Assembly (NCBI GenBank): GCA_026994915.1
Contig: JALWPY010000169.1
Coordinates: forward strand, 1-41,228
Length of the DNA: 41,228 bases
Direction: 5' to 3'
Origin: Campylobacterales bacterium
GTDB lineage: Bacteria > Campylobacterota > Campylobacteria > Campylobacterales > QNZT01
The notes beneath the pieces are model-generated. The model was not told the origin of the DNA, did not search any database, and saw only the letters and a program-made list of their open reading frames with translations. This document shows, in pieces, positions 1-8,956 of the stretch (position 1 is its first letter; each line of letters begins with the position of its first letter). A program made the position numbers and the translations under genes.

Positions 1-513
1 ATCGAGCCGCTCCGCCGCCGCGCTCATGTTCTGGCCCCAGGAGGTGACCTTCTTGACCCCCTCCTCGTTATAGTACCAGATGGTGACCCAGTCCTGGTCG
101 TTCAGGTTGCCGAGGAACTCCTTATACCCCCGCTTGGAGGCCTCTAGCACATTGGGAGAGCCGGACTCCTTGTCCACGTAGGCGTACGCCTGATGCGCCG
201 CCACCAGGATAGCGATCGACACCGGCTCGTCCGCCTCGCGCACGGTCTCGAGCGACCACTTCCCCTTGATCTCCTTGTCGTCGACGAAGACCTTCACATC
301 CCGGATGCCGTCCTTCGGCACGACCCCGAAGTTGTCATCGAGGACGTCGACGAAGAAGCGGACGTCTCCACCGCGGTCCTTGTCGACGAAGTTCTCGGTG
401 TCGAGGTAGTCGAAGAGCACCTTGGCGGCCAGCGACGGCGTGCTGAGACCGACGATCAGCCCAAGTAATCCCAGGGCAACCAGAAAGCTAAAGAGATATT
501 TTAAAAATTTCAA
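1..513 (-). CDS. Partial ORF (runs off the left edge): N-terminal signal/anchor followed by a degenerate vWA-like region; possibly chimeric
   Basis: My translation from TTG at 513, which overlaps the upstream TGA as TTGA, is open to position 1: MKFLKYLFSFLVALGLLGLIVGLSTPSLAAKVLFDYLDTENFVDKDRGGDVRFFVDVLDDNFGVVPKDGIRDVKVFVDDKEIKGKWSLETVREADEPVSIAILVAAHQAYAYVDKESGSPNVLEASKRGYKEFLGNLNDQDWVTIWYYNEEGVKKVTSWGQNMSAAAERLD. It is absent from the ORF track, presumably because it has no stop in the window. Confidence 0.65.
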   Translation of the reverse strand, partial: MKFLKYLFSFLVALGLLGLIVGLSTPSLAAKVLFDYLDTENFVDKDRGGDVRFFVDVLDDNFGVVPKDGIRDVKVFVDDKEIKGKWSLETVREADEPVSIAILVAAHQAYAYVDKESGSPNVLEASKRGYKEFLGNLNDQDWVTIWYYNEEGVKKVTSWGQNMSAAAERLD

Positions 514-1202
514 CTGCGTTTTCCTCTGTATTTGAAATTGGATGCGATCAGCTTTTTCGCATACTCTGTCTGCGGATGTGTCAGCACCTGAGACACACTC
601 CCCTCTTCGACAATTCTACCTGCTTTTAGAATTGCGATTTCATCACAAAGCATTTTGGTGGAGTCGATATCATGCGTCACATAGAGCAACCGGTATCCAA
701 CCTGCTCCTGCAGCTTTTTGATCAGTTTCAGAATACTCTCTTTGGTGCTGCTGTCGAGTGCAGTAGTCGGCTCATCCAGAAGCAGCAGTTTCGGCTCGCT
801 CGAGAGCACCATCGCGATGATGACACGCTGCAACTGTCCGCCGCTCAATTCTGAAGGATAGCGAAAAAGGAGATTTTTATCAAGTTCGACATGTTTGAGA
901 AATCGCTCCGCGACTGCAACAGGCTTGAAGAACTGATCCATGATGCGTGTCAGCGGAGAGAGTGCGGTAAAAGGATTTTGCGGTACGATCGAAACCGTCT
1001 TCCCCTGCTGCAGGGTGAAATCGCTCTCGATCTCCATCTCGGCACCCAGCTCCGCGGGCAGCATACCAAGCAGCGCTTTGAGCGTCAGGCTCTTGCCACT
1101 GCCGCTCTGCCCCACCAGCGCGAAGGATCTCTCAATCGTAAAAGCGATATCCACCAAAGTCGTACCCGACGCTTCGATGCGAAGCTTTTTGACCCTAAAC
1201 AT
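510..1202 (-). CDS. ABC transporter ATP-binding protein (peptide/nickel DppD/NikD-like)
   Basis: Walker A GQSGSGKS, Q-loop PQNPFTALSP, signature YPSELSGGQLQR, Walker B LLLLDEPTTALD, H-loop VTHD. Confidence 0.9.
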   Translation of the reverse strand: MFRVKKLRIEASGTTLVDIAFTIERSFALVGQSGSGKSLTLKALLGMLPAELGAEMEIESDFTLQQGKTVSIVPQNPFTALSPLTRIMDQFFKPVAVAERFLKHVELDKNLLFRYPSELSGGQLQRVIIAMVLSSEPKLLLLDEPTTALDSSTKESILKLIKKLQEQVGYRLLYVTHDIDSTKMLCDEIAILKAGRIVEEGSVSQVLTHPQTEYAKKLIASNFKYRGKRS

Positions 1203-2289
1203 CGTGCTCCTTCAAAAGAGTAAAGAGCGCTTCGATCTCTGCCAGAGGCACATTTGCACGTAGGATGATCCGCAGCATCGGGGAGTCGACGGTGGGCGGG
1301 CGGATCGCACCGATCAGAAACCCCGCCTCTTCGGCAATCCGCTTCAACTCCAGCGCCCGTACCGAACTCTCGACCGGGATCTTCAGAATGGGCGATGACA
1401 CATCCGTACCAAAAAAGTCCCGGGCAAGCACCATCCTGCGATCGAGTGCGTCGCGCAGTGGCGCCGCGCTTTCCTGTGTACGCATGAGGGCGGCATGGGC
1501 GAGCGCCGTATCGAAGAGCGACGGTGCGGTGGCGTAGATGATCGCTTTGGCCCGGTTTTGCAAAAAGGTGACGATCTCGGCGTCGGCCAGTATGTAGGCG
1601 CCGTAACTGCCCATCGCCTTGCCCAGTGTTCCCATCTTGATGTGGCGGGGACCGGGGGTGATGCCGTAGTGTTCGAAGACACCCAGCAGCTTCTCCCCGA
1701 CCACACCGCTGCTGTGCGCTTCGTCAACGATCAGCAGTGCACCGTATCTCTCGGCGACGTCAAAGATCTCCGGATGGAGCAGATCCCCCTCCATCGAGTA
1801 GATCCCCTCCACAGCCACGATCGCACGCCGGTACCCGCCTGCTTTCAGAATCTCCTCCAGTGCGGCAGGATCGTTGTGTGCGAAGGTACGTACGTCGGCA
1901 TCGACCAGTTTCGAGGCGAGCACACCGCTGGCATGATACTGTGCGTCGAGTATGAGCAGATCTCTTTTACGCGGCAGCGCTTCGATCAGCGAAAGGTTGG
2001 CCAGAAAGCCGCTCCCGACCACGATCCCCGCCTCGAAACCGTTCAGATCGAAGAGCGCTTTTTCAAACTCGGCATGCAGCGGATGGTAGCCGTTGACCAG
2101 CTGGGAGGCGCGGGGTGCATGATAGCGGTACTGTTCGACCGCCTGCACTGCCGTATCGAAGAGTGTTTTATCCTCAGCAAACCCGAGGTAGTCGTTGGAA
2201 GCGAGATCGGTCAGCGCTTCGTCGAAAAGCGGCCGCTCACGAAACCGGTTCGCTTTGCGCAACGCCTCCAGCTCCTGTACGTACATCAT
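1195..2289 (-). CDS. bioF: 8-amino-7-oxononanoate synthase-like PLP enzyme
   Basis: ASNDYLG, SGFLAN, HAS, FAHND, EGIYSMEGD, VDEAH, GTLGKA (PLP Lys), IRPPTV. Start trimmed to the ATG overlapping the maf stop. Confidence 0.85.
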   Translation of the reverse strand: MMYVQELEALRKANRFRERPLFDEALTDLASNDYLGFAEDKTLFDTAVQAVEQYRYHAPRASQLVNGYHPLHAEFEKALFDLNGFEAGIVVGSGFLANLSLIEALPRKRDLLILDAQYHASGVLASKLVDADVRTFAHNDPAALEEILKAGGYRRAIVAVEGIYSMEGDLLHPEIFDVAERYGALLIVDEAHSSGVVGEKLLGVFEHYGITPGPRHIKMGTLGKAMGSYGAYILADAEIVTFLQNRAKAIIYATAPSLFDTALAHAALMRTQESAAPLRDALDRRMVLARDFFGTDVSSPILKIPVESSVRALELKRIAEEAGFLIGAIRPPTVDSPMLRIILRANVPLAEIEALFTLLKEHDV

Positions 2290-2834
2290 CACCCCAGAAA
2301 CGGTAGCAGCTTCTCCACACAAAGCCCCATCGCCGTACTCTCATGCCCGTAGACACGGTCGATATACTTTCGGCAAAAGCCCTCGACCATGCAAGCGCCC
2401 GCCTTGCCTTCCCATTCGCCGCTCTCCAGATAGGCTTCCAGATCGTCGGGATCGAACGGTTTGAAAAAGTAGTCGGTCGCGGAGATGTCGAGCAGGGTCA
2501 GTTTGTGGGAGACATACTTCATGCAGGTAACGATCGAAACCTTCTCCCCGCTCTGCGTGAGCAAAATCTCTCGTGCATCCTCTTTGTCCCGCGCCTTGCG
2601 CAGAATCTTCCCTTTTGCCGTGACGACGGTGTCGGCCACGAGTATCGGAATATTGAGACCGAACTCCTTCTCACACACCTCATATTTGCCCAAAACCGCC
2701 TGATAAACGAAGTTTTTGGGTGAAGTCGCTTCGATCCGCTCCTCGTCGAAATCGCACCCTTTCTGGATGAAGGCGATTCCGTACTTCTCCAGCAGTGCCG
2801 CACGTGTCATCGAATTTGAAGCAAGCAGTATCAT
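2289..2834 (-). CDS. maf: Maf-family nucleoside triphosphate pyrophosphatase
   Basis: ILLASNS..R, FDE, VADTVV, KAGA, MGL motifs; lies downstream of alaS as in Campylobacterota. Confidence 0.92.
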   Translation of the reverse strand: MILLASNSMTRAALLEKYGIAFIQKGCDFDEERIEATSPKNFVYQAVLGKYEVCEKEFGLNIPILVADTVVTAKGKILRKARDKEDAREILLTQSGEKVSIVTCMKYVSHKLTLLDISATDYFFKPFDPDDLEAYLESGEWEGKAGACMVEGFCRKYIDRVYGHESTAMGLCVEKLLPFLG

Positions 2835-3208
2835 GATCTCTTCCCTCCTAGTGTCGGTAAACCGAGTTGTCCGCGCTGGACAATCTGATATGTGGCGTTT
2901 TGCGTTCTGAAATGCTCCTTCAGATAGTCAAACGCCACCATCGGGTCGACATCGTCGCCGCATGTGAAGATATCGACCGCCGCATAGGCGTATTCGGGCC
3001 AGGAGTGAATCGCCAGATGGCTCTCGCTGATCACCACCACACCGCTGACGCCGTAGGGTTCGAAGAGATGGAAAGAGCTGCCGATCACCGTCGCTCCCGC
3101 CTCCTTCGCCGAACGCAGCAGTGTCTCTTCCACCAGACGGACGTCATTGATCGCGTCGGTGTCACACTCGTAAAACTCCGCCAGTATATGTCTGCCCAAA
3201 GCCTCCAA
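2831..3208 (-). CDS. speD: Pyruvoyl-dependent S-adenosylmethionine decarboxylase proenzyme (short class 1B type)
   Basis: [38 protein letters not shown] (E-S cleavage site), VDIFTCG; AGGAG SD before a TTG start. Confidence 0.88.
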   Translation of the reverse strand: MEALGRHILAEFYECDTDAINDVRLVEETLLRSAKEAGATVIGSSFHLFEPYGVSGVVVISESHLAIHSWPEYAYAAVDIFTCGDDVDPMVAFDYLKEHFRTQNATYQIVQRGQLGLPTLGGKRS

Positions 3209-3697
3209 CTATACACTCCTTAAAATATATCCGAAATAGACCGCACAAAATCCCAGCAGCGACGCGATCCCGAAGATGTAGTGGGCGATCAGTTTCACAT
3301 TGTCTCTGGCATGCTCGCTGTCACTGGCCAGACAGCGTGCCCTGGCCTCTTTGATCTTGTACCATGCATAGAGCCACAGAAGCACCATAAAGAGCCAGAT
3401 CAGCTCTTTGGAGGTGACCACGACAGACATGACCGGATCCTGATGGGCGTAATCCTTCCCGCCCGCCATCACAAAACCGCTGATCCCCGACATCAGCGCC
3501 ACGGGCACGAGCAGTTTGAAAAAGCGGTTGAGCGTCCTGAGCGACGTGCGCACCGCCATCTTTTCGTTGGGTATCTGCATGACGGAGGGGTAGACGGTGA
3601 GCGAAAACGCGACCATCCCCCCGATCCAGATGATTGCACTGAAAATATGCACGGCAAAGATCAGCGGCAGATAATCGACGTAAAACGCTCCCAACAT
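3209..3697 (-). CDS. Four-TM membrane protein (CopD/DUF4149-like)
   Basis: VHIFSAIIWIGGM motif and four hydrophobic segments; ATG at 3697 overlaps the alaS stop (TGATG). Confidence 0.7.
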   Translation of the reverse strand: MLGAFYVDYLPLIFAVHIFSAIIWIGGMVAFSLTVYPSVMQIPNEKMAVRTSLRTLNRFFKLLVPVALMSGISGFVMAGGKDYAHQDPVMSVVVTSKELIWLFMVLLWLYAWYKIKEARARCLASDSEHARDNVKLIAHYIFGIASLLGFCAVYFGYILRSV

Positions 3698-6249
3698 CAG
3701 CCCTGAAGCGCCTCTTTGACCCACGCTCCGGCCGCTTCGATCGCCTCGCTTAGTTTCGATGCGTCCTTGCCGCCCGCCTGCGCGAAGTCGTCACGGCCAC
3801 CGCCACCACCGCCAAGGATCGGTGCGATCGCTTTGATCCATTCACCCGCTTTGACAGGGGCGTTTTTGACACCGGCCGCCAGTAGCACTTTGTCTCCCTT
3901 TTTCTGAAAGAGCATGACTGCGACGGAGGGTTTCTGGTTCTTGATCTCATCGATCATCTGTTTGATATCGCCCGCTTCGACTATCTCGACCGCGACTTCG
4001 GTGTCGCCGATCTTTTCGAAACGGAGCTCTTTTTTCTGTCCCTGTGCGAGGGATTTGAGCTCGTTTTTGAGTGTCGCGATCTCCTCTTTGAGCCGTTTGA
4101 TCCCCAGCAGCGGATCTCTGTTTTTGACCGCTTCGCTGACGGCCGCTACCGTAGCGCGATACGCTTTGGCCAGTTCGATCGCACTGCGACCCGCCACCGC
4201 CTCGATCCGCCGCACCCCCGCACTCACACCGCTCTCACGGGTGATGAAAAAGGCGCCGATATTGGCCGCATTGTCGACATGGGTACCGCCGCAGAGCTCC
4301 ATGCTCACCTCCCCCATCGAGACGACACGCACCTCATCGCCGTACTTTTCACCGAAGAGCGCCATCGCCCCCCGCTGCTTCGCTTCGTCGATCGCCATCA
4401 CCTCGGTCTGCACCGGCACCCCTCTGGCGATCACTTCGTTGACATAGTTTTCTATCTTTTCGATCTCCTCTTTCGTCAGCGCTTTGGGATGCGAGAAGTC
4501 GAAGCGCAGCCGGTTCGCTTCGACGAGACTTCCCGCCTGGTTGACATGCTCTCCGAGGATCTTTTTGAGCGCACTGTGCAGCAGGTGTGTCGCGGAGTGG
4601 TGCTTGGCAATCTCGAAACGGCTCTCGTCCACTTTCGCATGTACCTTGTCTCCGATATGCAGCGGAGCTTTGGTTTTGATGCGAGAAAGGTTCAGATCGA
4701 AAAACTTCTTCGTATCGAGCACTTCCGCAATCCCTTCGAGTTCGCCGACATCGCCGCACTGTCCTCCGCTTTCGGCATAAAACGGCGTACGATCGAGCAG
4801 CACCCACCCCTCGGCACCTGCCGGCAGTCTCTCGACACGCTTGAAAGAGGCATCGAGCAGTGCCAGTACGTTTGCATCGCATTCGGTCGTTTCGTAGCCA
4901 ACAAAGGTGTTGGTCCCGAATGTTTCCAGCAGCGCTTTGAAATCGCCCTCGACCGCGGCGTCACCACTCCCTTTCCAGGCTGCTTTGGCACGCTCGCGCT
5001 GTGCTTTCATAAGCTTCTCGAATCCTTCGATGTCGACCGAGATCCCCTTCTCGCGCAGCATATCCTGCGTCAGGTCGAGCGGGAAGCCGTAGGTGTCGTA
5101 GAGTTTGAAGGCGACTTCGCCGCTGAAGGTTTTACCCGTCTTTGCCAGCTCCTTCTCGAAGAGCTCCAGCCCCGAAGCGATCGTTCTGAAGAAGCGCTCC
5201 TCCTCCATGCGGATCTGCTCTTTGACAGTGTCGGCCTTTTCGACGATGTAGGGATACTGTTCACCCATGATCTCGCCCAGTGTATCGACCAGGCGATACA
5301 TGAAGGGTTCACGAATACCCAGCAGATAGCCGTGGCGCACCGCACGCCGGAGGATACGGCGCAGGACATAGCCCCGTCCCTCTTTGTCGAAATTGACCCC
5401 CTGAGCGAGCAGAAAGGTGACCGCGCGGATATGATCGGCGATGACGCGAAAGCTCGCCCCCTCTTCGTAGATATAGGGTTTGCCCGAAATCTCGGAGACC
5501 TTTTCGATCAGCGGCATGAAGAGCGAAGTATCGTAGTTGCTGAATTTCCCCTCTTTGATCGCCGTGACACGCTCGAGCCCCATACCGGTGTCGATAGATG
5601 GTTTGGGGAGCGGCGTCAGGTTTCCTTCGCTGTCACGCTCGTACTGCATAAAGACGAGGTTCCAGATCTCCAGAAAGCGGTCCCCTTCGCCGCCCATTTT
5701 ATCTTCGGGAGAGTGGAAATGCTCCGCACCCTGATCGTAGAAGATCTCCGAACAGGGGCCGCAGGGACCGGTATCGCCCATCTGCCAGAAGTTGTCTTTG
5801 TCACCGAAACGCATAATACGGTCTGCGGCGATATGTTTCTTCCAGATCTCCTCCGCTTCGTCGTCACTCTCATGTACGGTGACCCAGAGCTTTTCGACCG
5901 GCAGCTCCAGCACTTCGGTCACAAACTCCCATGCATAGGCGATCGCCTCTTTTTTGAAGTAGTCGCCGAAAGAGAAGTTGCCCAGCATCTCGAAAAAGGT
6001 GTGGTGGCGGTTGGTGTAGCCGACGTTTTCGAGGTCGTTGTGCTTGCCGCCCGCGCGAATACATGTCTGCGAACTCGCCGCACGCGGCGGATTGGGTACG
6101 GGGATCTCTCCGGTAAAGATGCTTTTGAAGGGCACCATCCCGGCATTGGTAAAGAGGAGAGTCGGGTCGTCGGGTACCAGCGGAGCGCTCGGGTAGATCT
6201 TGTGTCCCTTGCTTGCGAAATAGTCCAAAAATGCTTTACGAATATCCAT
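3697..6249 (-). CDS. alaS: Alanine--tRNA ligase
   Basis: [38 protein letters not shown], editing motifs HSATHLLH and ELCGGTH, C-terminal GGGGGR..AQAGG. Confidence 0.99.
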   Translation of the reverse strand: MDIRKAFLDYFASKGHKIYPSAPLVPDDPTLLFTNAGMVPFKSIFTGEIPVPNPPRAASSQTCIRAGGKHNDLENVGYTNRHHTFFEMLGNFSFGDYFKKEAIAYAWEFVTEVLELPVEKLWVTVHESDDEAEEIWKKHIAADRIMRFGDKDNFWQMGDTGPCGPCSEIFYDQGAEHFHSPEDKMGGEGDRFLEIWNLVFMQYERDSEGNLTPLPKPSIDTGMGLERVTAIKEGKFSNYDTSLFMPLIEKVSEISGKPYIYEEGASFRVIADHIRAVTFLLAQGVNFDKEGRGYVLRRILRRAVRHGYLLGIREPFMYRLVDTLGEIMGEQYPYIVEKADTVKEQIRMEEERFFRTIASGLELFEKELAKTGKTFSGEVAFKLYDTYGFPLDLTQDMLREKGISVDIEGFEKLMKAQRERAKAAWKGSGDAAVEGDFKALLETFGTNTFVGYETTECDANVLALLDASFKRVERLPAGAEGWVLLDRTPFYAESGGQCGDVGELEGIAEVLDTKKFFDLNLSRIKTKAPLHIGDKVHAKVDESRFEIAKHHSATHLLHSALKKILGEHVNQAGSLVEANRLRFDFSHPKALTKEEIEKIENYVNEVIARGVPVQTEVMAIDEAKQRGAMALFGEKYGDEVRVVSMGEVSMELCGGTHVDNAANIGAFFITRESGVSAGVRRIEAVAGRSAIELAKAYRATVAAVSEAVKNRDPLLGIKRLKEEIATLKNELKSLAQGQKKELRFEKIGDTEVAVEIVEAGDIKQMIDEIKNQKPSVAVMLFQKKGDKVLLAAGVKNAPVKAGEWIKAIAPILGGGGGGRDDFAQAGGKDASKLSEAIEAAGAWVKEALQG

Positions 6250-6305
6250 ATCAACAATTCCTTTATAAACTGGAGATATTTTATCTGAAAATATTTAAAA
6301 AGGCG

Positions 6306-6579
6306 TTATCACCGCACCAATAAACATACATAATTTTTGAGAGTACGGGAAGGAGTGAGATGTGTGTCAAAAAAACTGAAGGACTAGCCGTAGCTAATTC
6401 GAAGTTTTTTTGGCATACAGATCGCTTCTTCCCGTGCTCCCCGAAGGGTGCAGTGCTTTTGTCCATACTCTGCATTAGATTTTCTTGCATTAGCTACGGC
6501 TAGTCCTACGAAAATCTGCCTTGATTATGAACAAAATCACTGCATCAAAATTTACGTATGTTTATTGGTGCGGTGATAA
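6306..6579. mobile_element. 274-bp MITE-like element with 35-bp terminal inverted repeats and internal hairpins
   Basis: TIRs 6306-6340 and 6545-6579 match at 33/35. Internal perfect 19-bp inverted repeat at 6380-6398 / 6489-6507. No transposase is encoded. Mobility is inferred. Confidence 0.7.
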
Positions 6580-6591
6580 GTTTAAAGCGGC

Positions 6592-6616
6592 CCGGAGCCC
6601 GAAACTGCGGCTCCGG
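6592..6616 (-). terminator. GC-rich hairpin directly after the murG stop, possible terminator
   Basis: ccggagcc (6592-6599) pairs with ggctccgg (6609-6616); the U-tract is weak. Confidence 0.45.
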
Positions 6617-7633
6617 TCAATAACCGAGGTAGTCGACGATTCTGGCGGCACCGTCGGGGGCGATGGTACCCCGGAGCCCCTCACTCATGCGGGCGATATC
6701 CGCATCCAGCACCATCTCCAGATGTTCGGGTGTCAGGGCATCCTGCCGCACGACGAAAGAGAGCCCTTTGTCGGCGAGATATTTGGCGTTGTAGTACTGG
6801 TGATCGCCCGCTGCGTAGGGATAGGGCACGTAGAGTGCGGGCAGCTGCGATGCCGCCAGCTCCCAGAGCGTGCCCGCGCCCGCACGGCAGATCGCGAAAT
6901 CGGCCTCCGCGATCTTTCGGTAGAGTTTTTTGTCGAAGGCGAAGAGATCGGCATCGATACCCTCTTCGTCGTAGAATTTTCGCAGCGCTTCCAGATCGCG
7001 GTTGCCGCTCTGGTGGATGATTTTGATCCCTCTCTCATGCAGGGTGCGTGCGACACTTTTGGCGAACTCGTTGATGGCGGTGGCGCCCTGTGAACCGCCC
7101 AGGAAGATGATCGTTTTGATCTCCTTACGCACCCGTGCGTTGCGAAAAAAGACTTCGCTGACGAGATAGTCTTTGACGGGAGAGTCTTGCATGTAGGCGG
7201 AGAAGATCGCGTTGGCACGGCGGGCGAAGAGTGCGTTGAGGCGTCCCATGACGGCGTTTTGCTCATGAATGTAGAAAACTTTTCTCTGCCAGATCGCGGC
7301 GAGTGTCGCGGGTGCTGCGGCATATCCTCCGACCGAAAAGATCGTTTCGACCCCCTCCTCTTTGAAGATTCTTCCCGCTTCGCGCGCCGCTGTGATGATC
7401 TTCGCCATACTTTTGAGTTTGCCGACGGCCCCTTTGTCGACCACGCTTTCGATCTCGAAAAAGTGTCGGGAAGCGAACCCCTCGTCCTCTCCGAACCACA
7501 TCCTGTCCTGCCCCGTCGCCGAGCCCAGAAAGATCGGTTTGATACCGCGCCTGTTGAGCTCTTCGCGAATCGCCCGCGCGATACTCAGATGCCCGCCGGT
7601 GCCTCCGCCCGTAATCGCTATCTGCTTTTTCAA
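6617..7633 (-). CDS. murG: Lipid II GlcNAc transferase
   Basis: TGGGTGGH, VGGY, HEQN, GGSQGA, RAGAGT, PYPYAAGDHQYYNA. Confidence 0.98.
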   Translation of the reverse strand: MKKQIAITGGGTGGHLSIARAIREELNRRGIKPIFLGSATGQDRMWFGEDEGFASRHFFEIESVVDKGAVGKLKSMAKIITAAREAGRIFKEEGVETIFSVGGYAAAPATLAAIWQRKVFYIHEQNAVMGRLNALFARRANAIFSAYMQDSPVKDYLVSEVFFRNARVRKEIKTIIFLGGSQGATAINEFAKSVARTLHERGIKIIHQSGNRDLEALRKFYDEEGIDADLFAFDKKLYRKIAEADFAICRAGAGTLWELAASQLPALYVPYPYAAGDHQYYNAKYLADKGLSFVVRQDALTPEHLEMVLDADIARMSEGLRGTIAPDGAARIVDYLGY

Positions 7634-8790
7634 TACTTCACCTTTTTGCTGATCATCAATACCATACCGATCGCCACGGCATGCGCCATCAGAGAGCTGC
7701 CTCCGTAGCTGAGAAACGGCACCGCCAGCCCCTTCACCGGTGTAATCCCCGTCACACCGAAACTGTTGATAAAGAAGGTCGTCGCGAACATGATCGCGAT
7801 ACCGAGCGCAAAGAGTGAATAGACCCTGTTTTCACTCCTGTTTGCGATGCGGAGCATGCGGTAGATCAGGATGAAAAAGAGCAATACCACCGCCAGTACA
7901 CCCACCATCCCCAGTTCCTCCGCAATTCCCGCCAGGATAAAGTCGGTATGCACTTCGGAGAGGAACCCCAGCTTCAGCGTACCGTTGCCCAGCCCCACTC
8001 CGAAGAGGCCGCCATGCTGGATCGCATCGTAGGCATTGGAGACCTGGTAGGGTTCGTAGGCATCCGAAACCCGCAGTTTGGCCGCGACGGAGTCGGGGAG
8101 AAAGGAGAGGACCACATTCTGGATATTGCTCCACCATGACTTGACCCGAAGAACCCGGTGTTCGGACCCGACGATGGCAAAGACCACAACCGCGATGATC
8201 CCCAGCATGGTCCATGCAAAGAAGCGGGTACTCGTCCCCGCCATCGAGCCCATCACCACCAGTGCCAGTGCAAGCACGATCACCTGCCCGATATCGTTTT
8301 GCATGATGGCGATCAGATAGGTGACGACACCAAACACCAGCAGATAGGGCCAGAAGACCCTGAACTCCTCCTTGAGGGTTTTGGGTGTTTCGTCAAGTTT
8401 GCGCGAAAAACTCCACGCCAGAAAGACGATGAAGCCTACCTTGAAAAACTCAACCGGTGCCAGAGAGAGAAACCCGAGCCTGATCCAGCGCTTGGCCCCA
8501 CCGATCTCGGTGACGATCGACGTGGGCAGGAAGGGCATTACCGTCATGAGAAAGAGGAAGATGAAAAAGAGCCCGAATCCAAGCGGCAGAAACCATCGGT
8601 CGGGATCGAGCTGCGATATCGCCCAGATCAGAAAGATCGAAAAGATCCCCACCCCGAACTGCCGTATGAAGAAGTGAAACTCGTTGCCGTAGGTGTTGAG
8701 GCTGACAAAGGTGGTGAGTGAGAGTGAAAAGATGATGCCCAGCGCAATTAATATGACACTGACATAGAAGATCGTTTTATCTGCCTGCAA
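7630..8790 (-). CDS. ftsW: SEDS-family peptidoglycan polymerase FtsW
   Basis: GAKRWI, PVEFFK, GLGNG..K..FLSEVHTDF, PVKGLAVPFLSYGGSS; adjacent to murG; TTG start. Confidence 0.92.
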   Translation of the reverse strand: MQADKTIFYVSVILIALGIIFSLSLTTFVSLNTYGNEFHFFIRQFGVGIFSIFLIWAISQLDPDRWFLPLGFGLFFIFLFLMTVMPFLPTSIVTEIGGAKRWIRLGFLSLAPVEFFKVGFIVFLAWSFSRKLDETPKTLKEEFRVFWPYLLVFGVVTYLIAIMQNDIGQVIVLALALVVMGSMAGTSTRFFAWTMLGIIAVVVFAIVGSEHRVLRVKSWWSNIQNVVLSFLPDSVAAKLRVSDAYEPYQVSNAYDAIQHGGLFGVGLGNGTLKLGFLSEVHTDFILAGIAEELGMVGVLAVVLLFFILIYRMLRIANRSENRVYSLFALGIAIMFATTFFINSFGVTGITPVKGLAVPFLSYGGSSLMAHAVAIGMVLMISKKVKY

Positions 8791-8820
8791 CCATCAAACC
8801 TTAGACTGAAAGATATTTCG

Positions 8821-8826
8821 ATTCTA
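8821..8826 (-). promoter_or_regulatory. Putative sigma70 -10 box (TAGAAT) for ftsW-murG
   Basis: Minus strand reads ttttgTAGAAT about 30 nt upstream of the ftsW start, in an AT-rich spacer. Confidence 0.45.
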
Positions 8827-8907
8827 CAAAAATTTTGGTTAATGGATATTTATGTTATAATTATTTAAATAATTTTAATTTTTTACTCTAAGATGAAATT
8901 ATTGATT

Positions 8908-8924
8908 TTGGTATAGCTTTTGCT
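8908..8924 (+). promoter_or_regulatory. Sigma54 (-24/-12) promoter of flgB
   Basis: ttGGtatagcttttGCt gives an exact GG-N10-GC (GG 8910-8911, GC 8922-8923). flgB is RpoN-dependent in Campylobacter and Helicobacter. Confidence 0.85.
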
Positions 8925-8956
8925 GCTTCCAAATCGATCAAGACAAGCAAGGAGTC

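Noticed and set aside
193-468. 91-aa ORF on the + strand
   Set aside because: It is the shadow of the more protein-like minus-strand frame at 1-513.
4279-6288. 669-aa ORF on the + strand
   Set aside because: It lies antisense to alaS, has no recognisable motifs, and is the expected shadow of biased high-GC codon usage. The same applies to the other antisense ORFs over bioF, the PBP gene, purA and galE.
6307-6315. TATCACCGC, identical to the lambda operator consensus half-site, at both element ends
   Set aside because: The halves are about 255 bp apart and there are no phage genes, so this is a 9-mer coincidence.
6341-6544. Possible T-box riboswitch or tRNA upstream of alaS
   Set aside because: The G-U-compatible strand is antisense to alaS, I found no T-box motif or tRNA loops, and T-boxes are not expected in this lineage.
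6281-6600. Two ORFs sharing the peptide YVYWCGD
   Set aside because: The shared peptide comes from reading the element's terminal inverted repeats on opposite strands. It is not evidence of coding.
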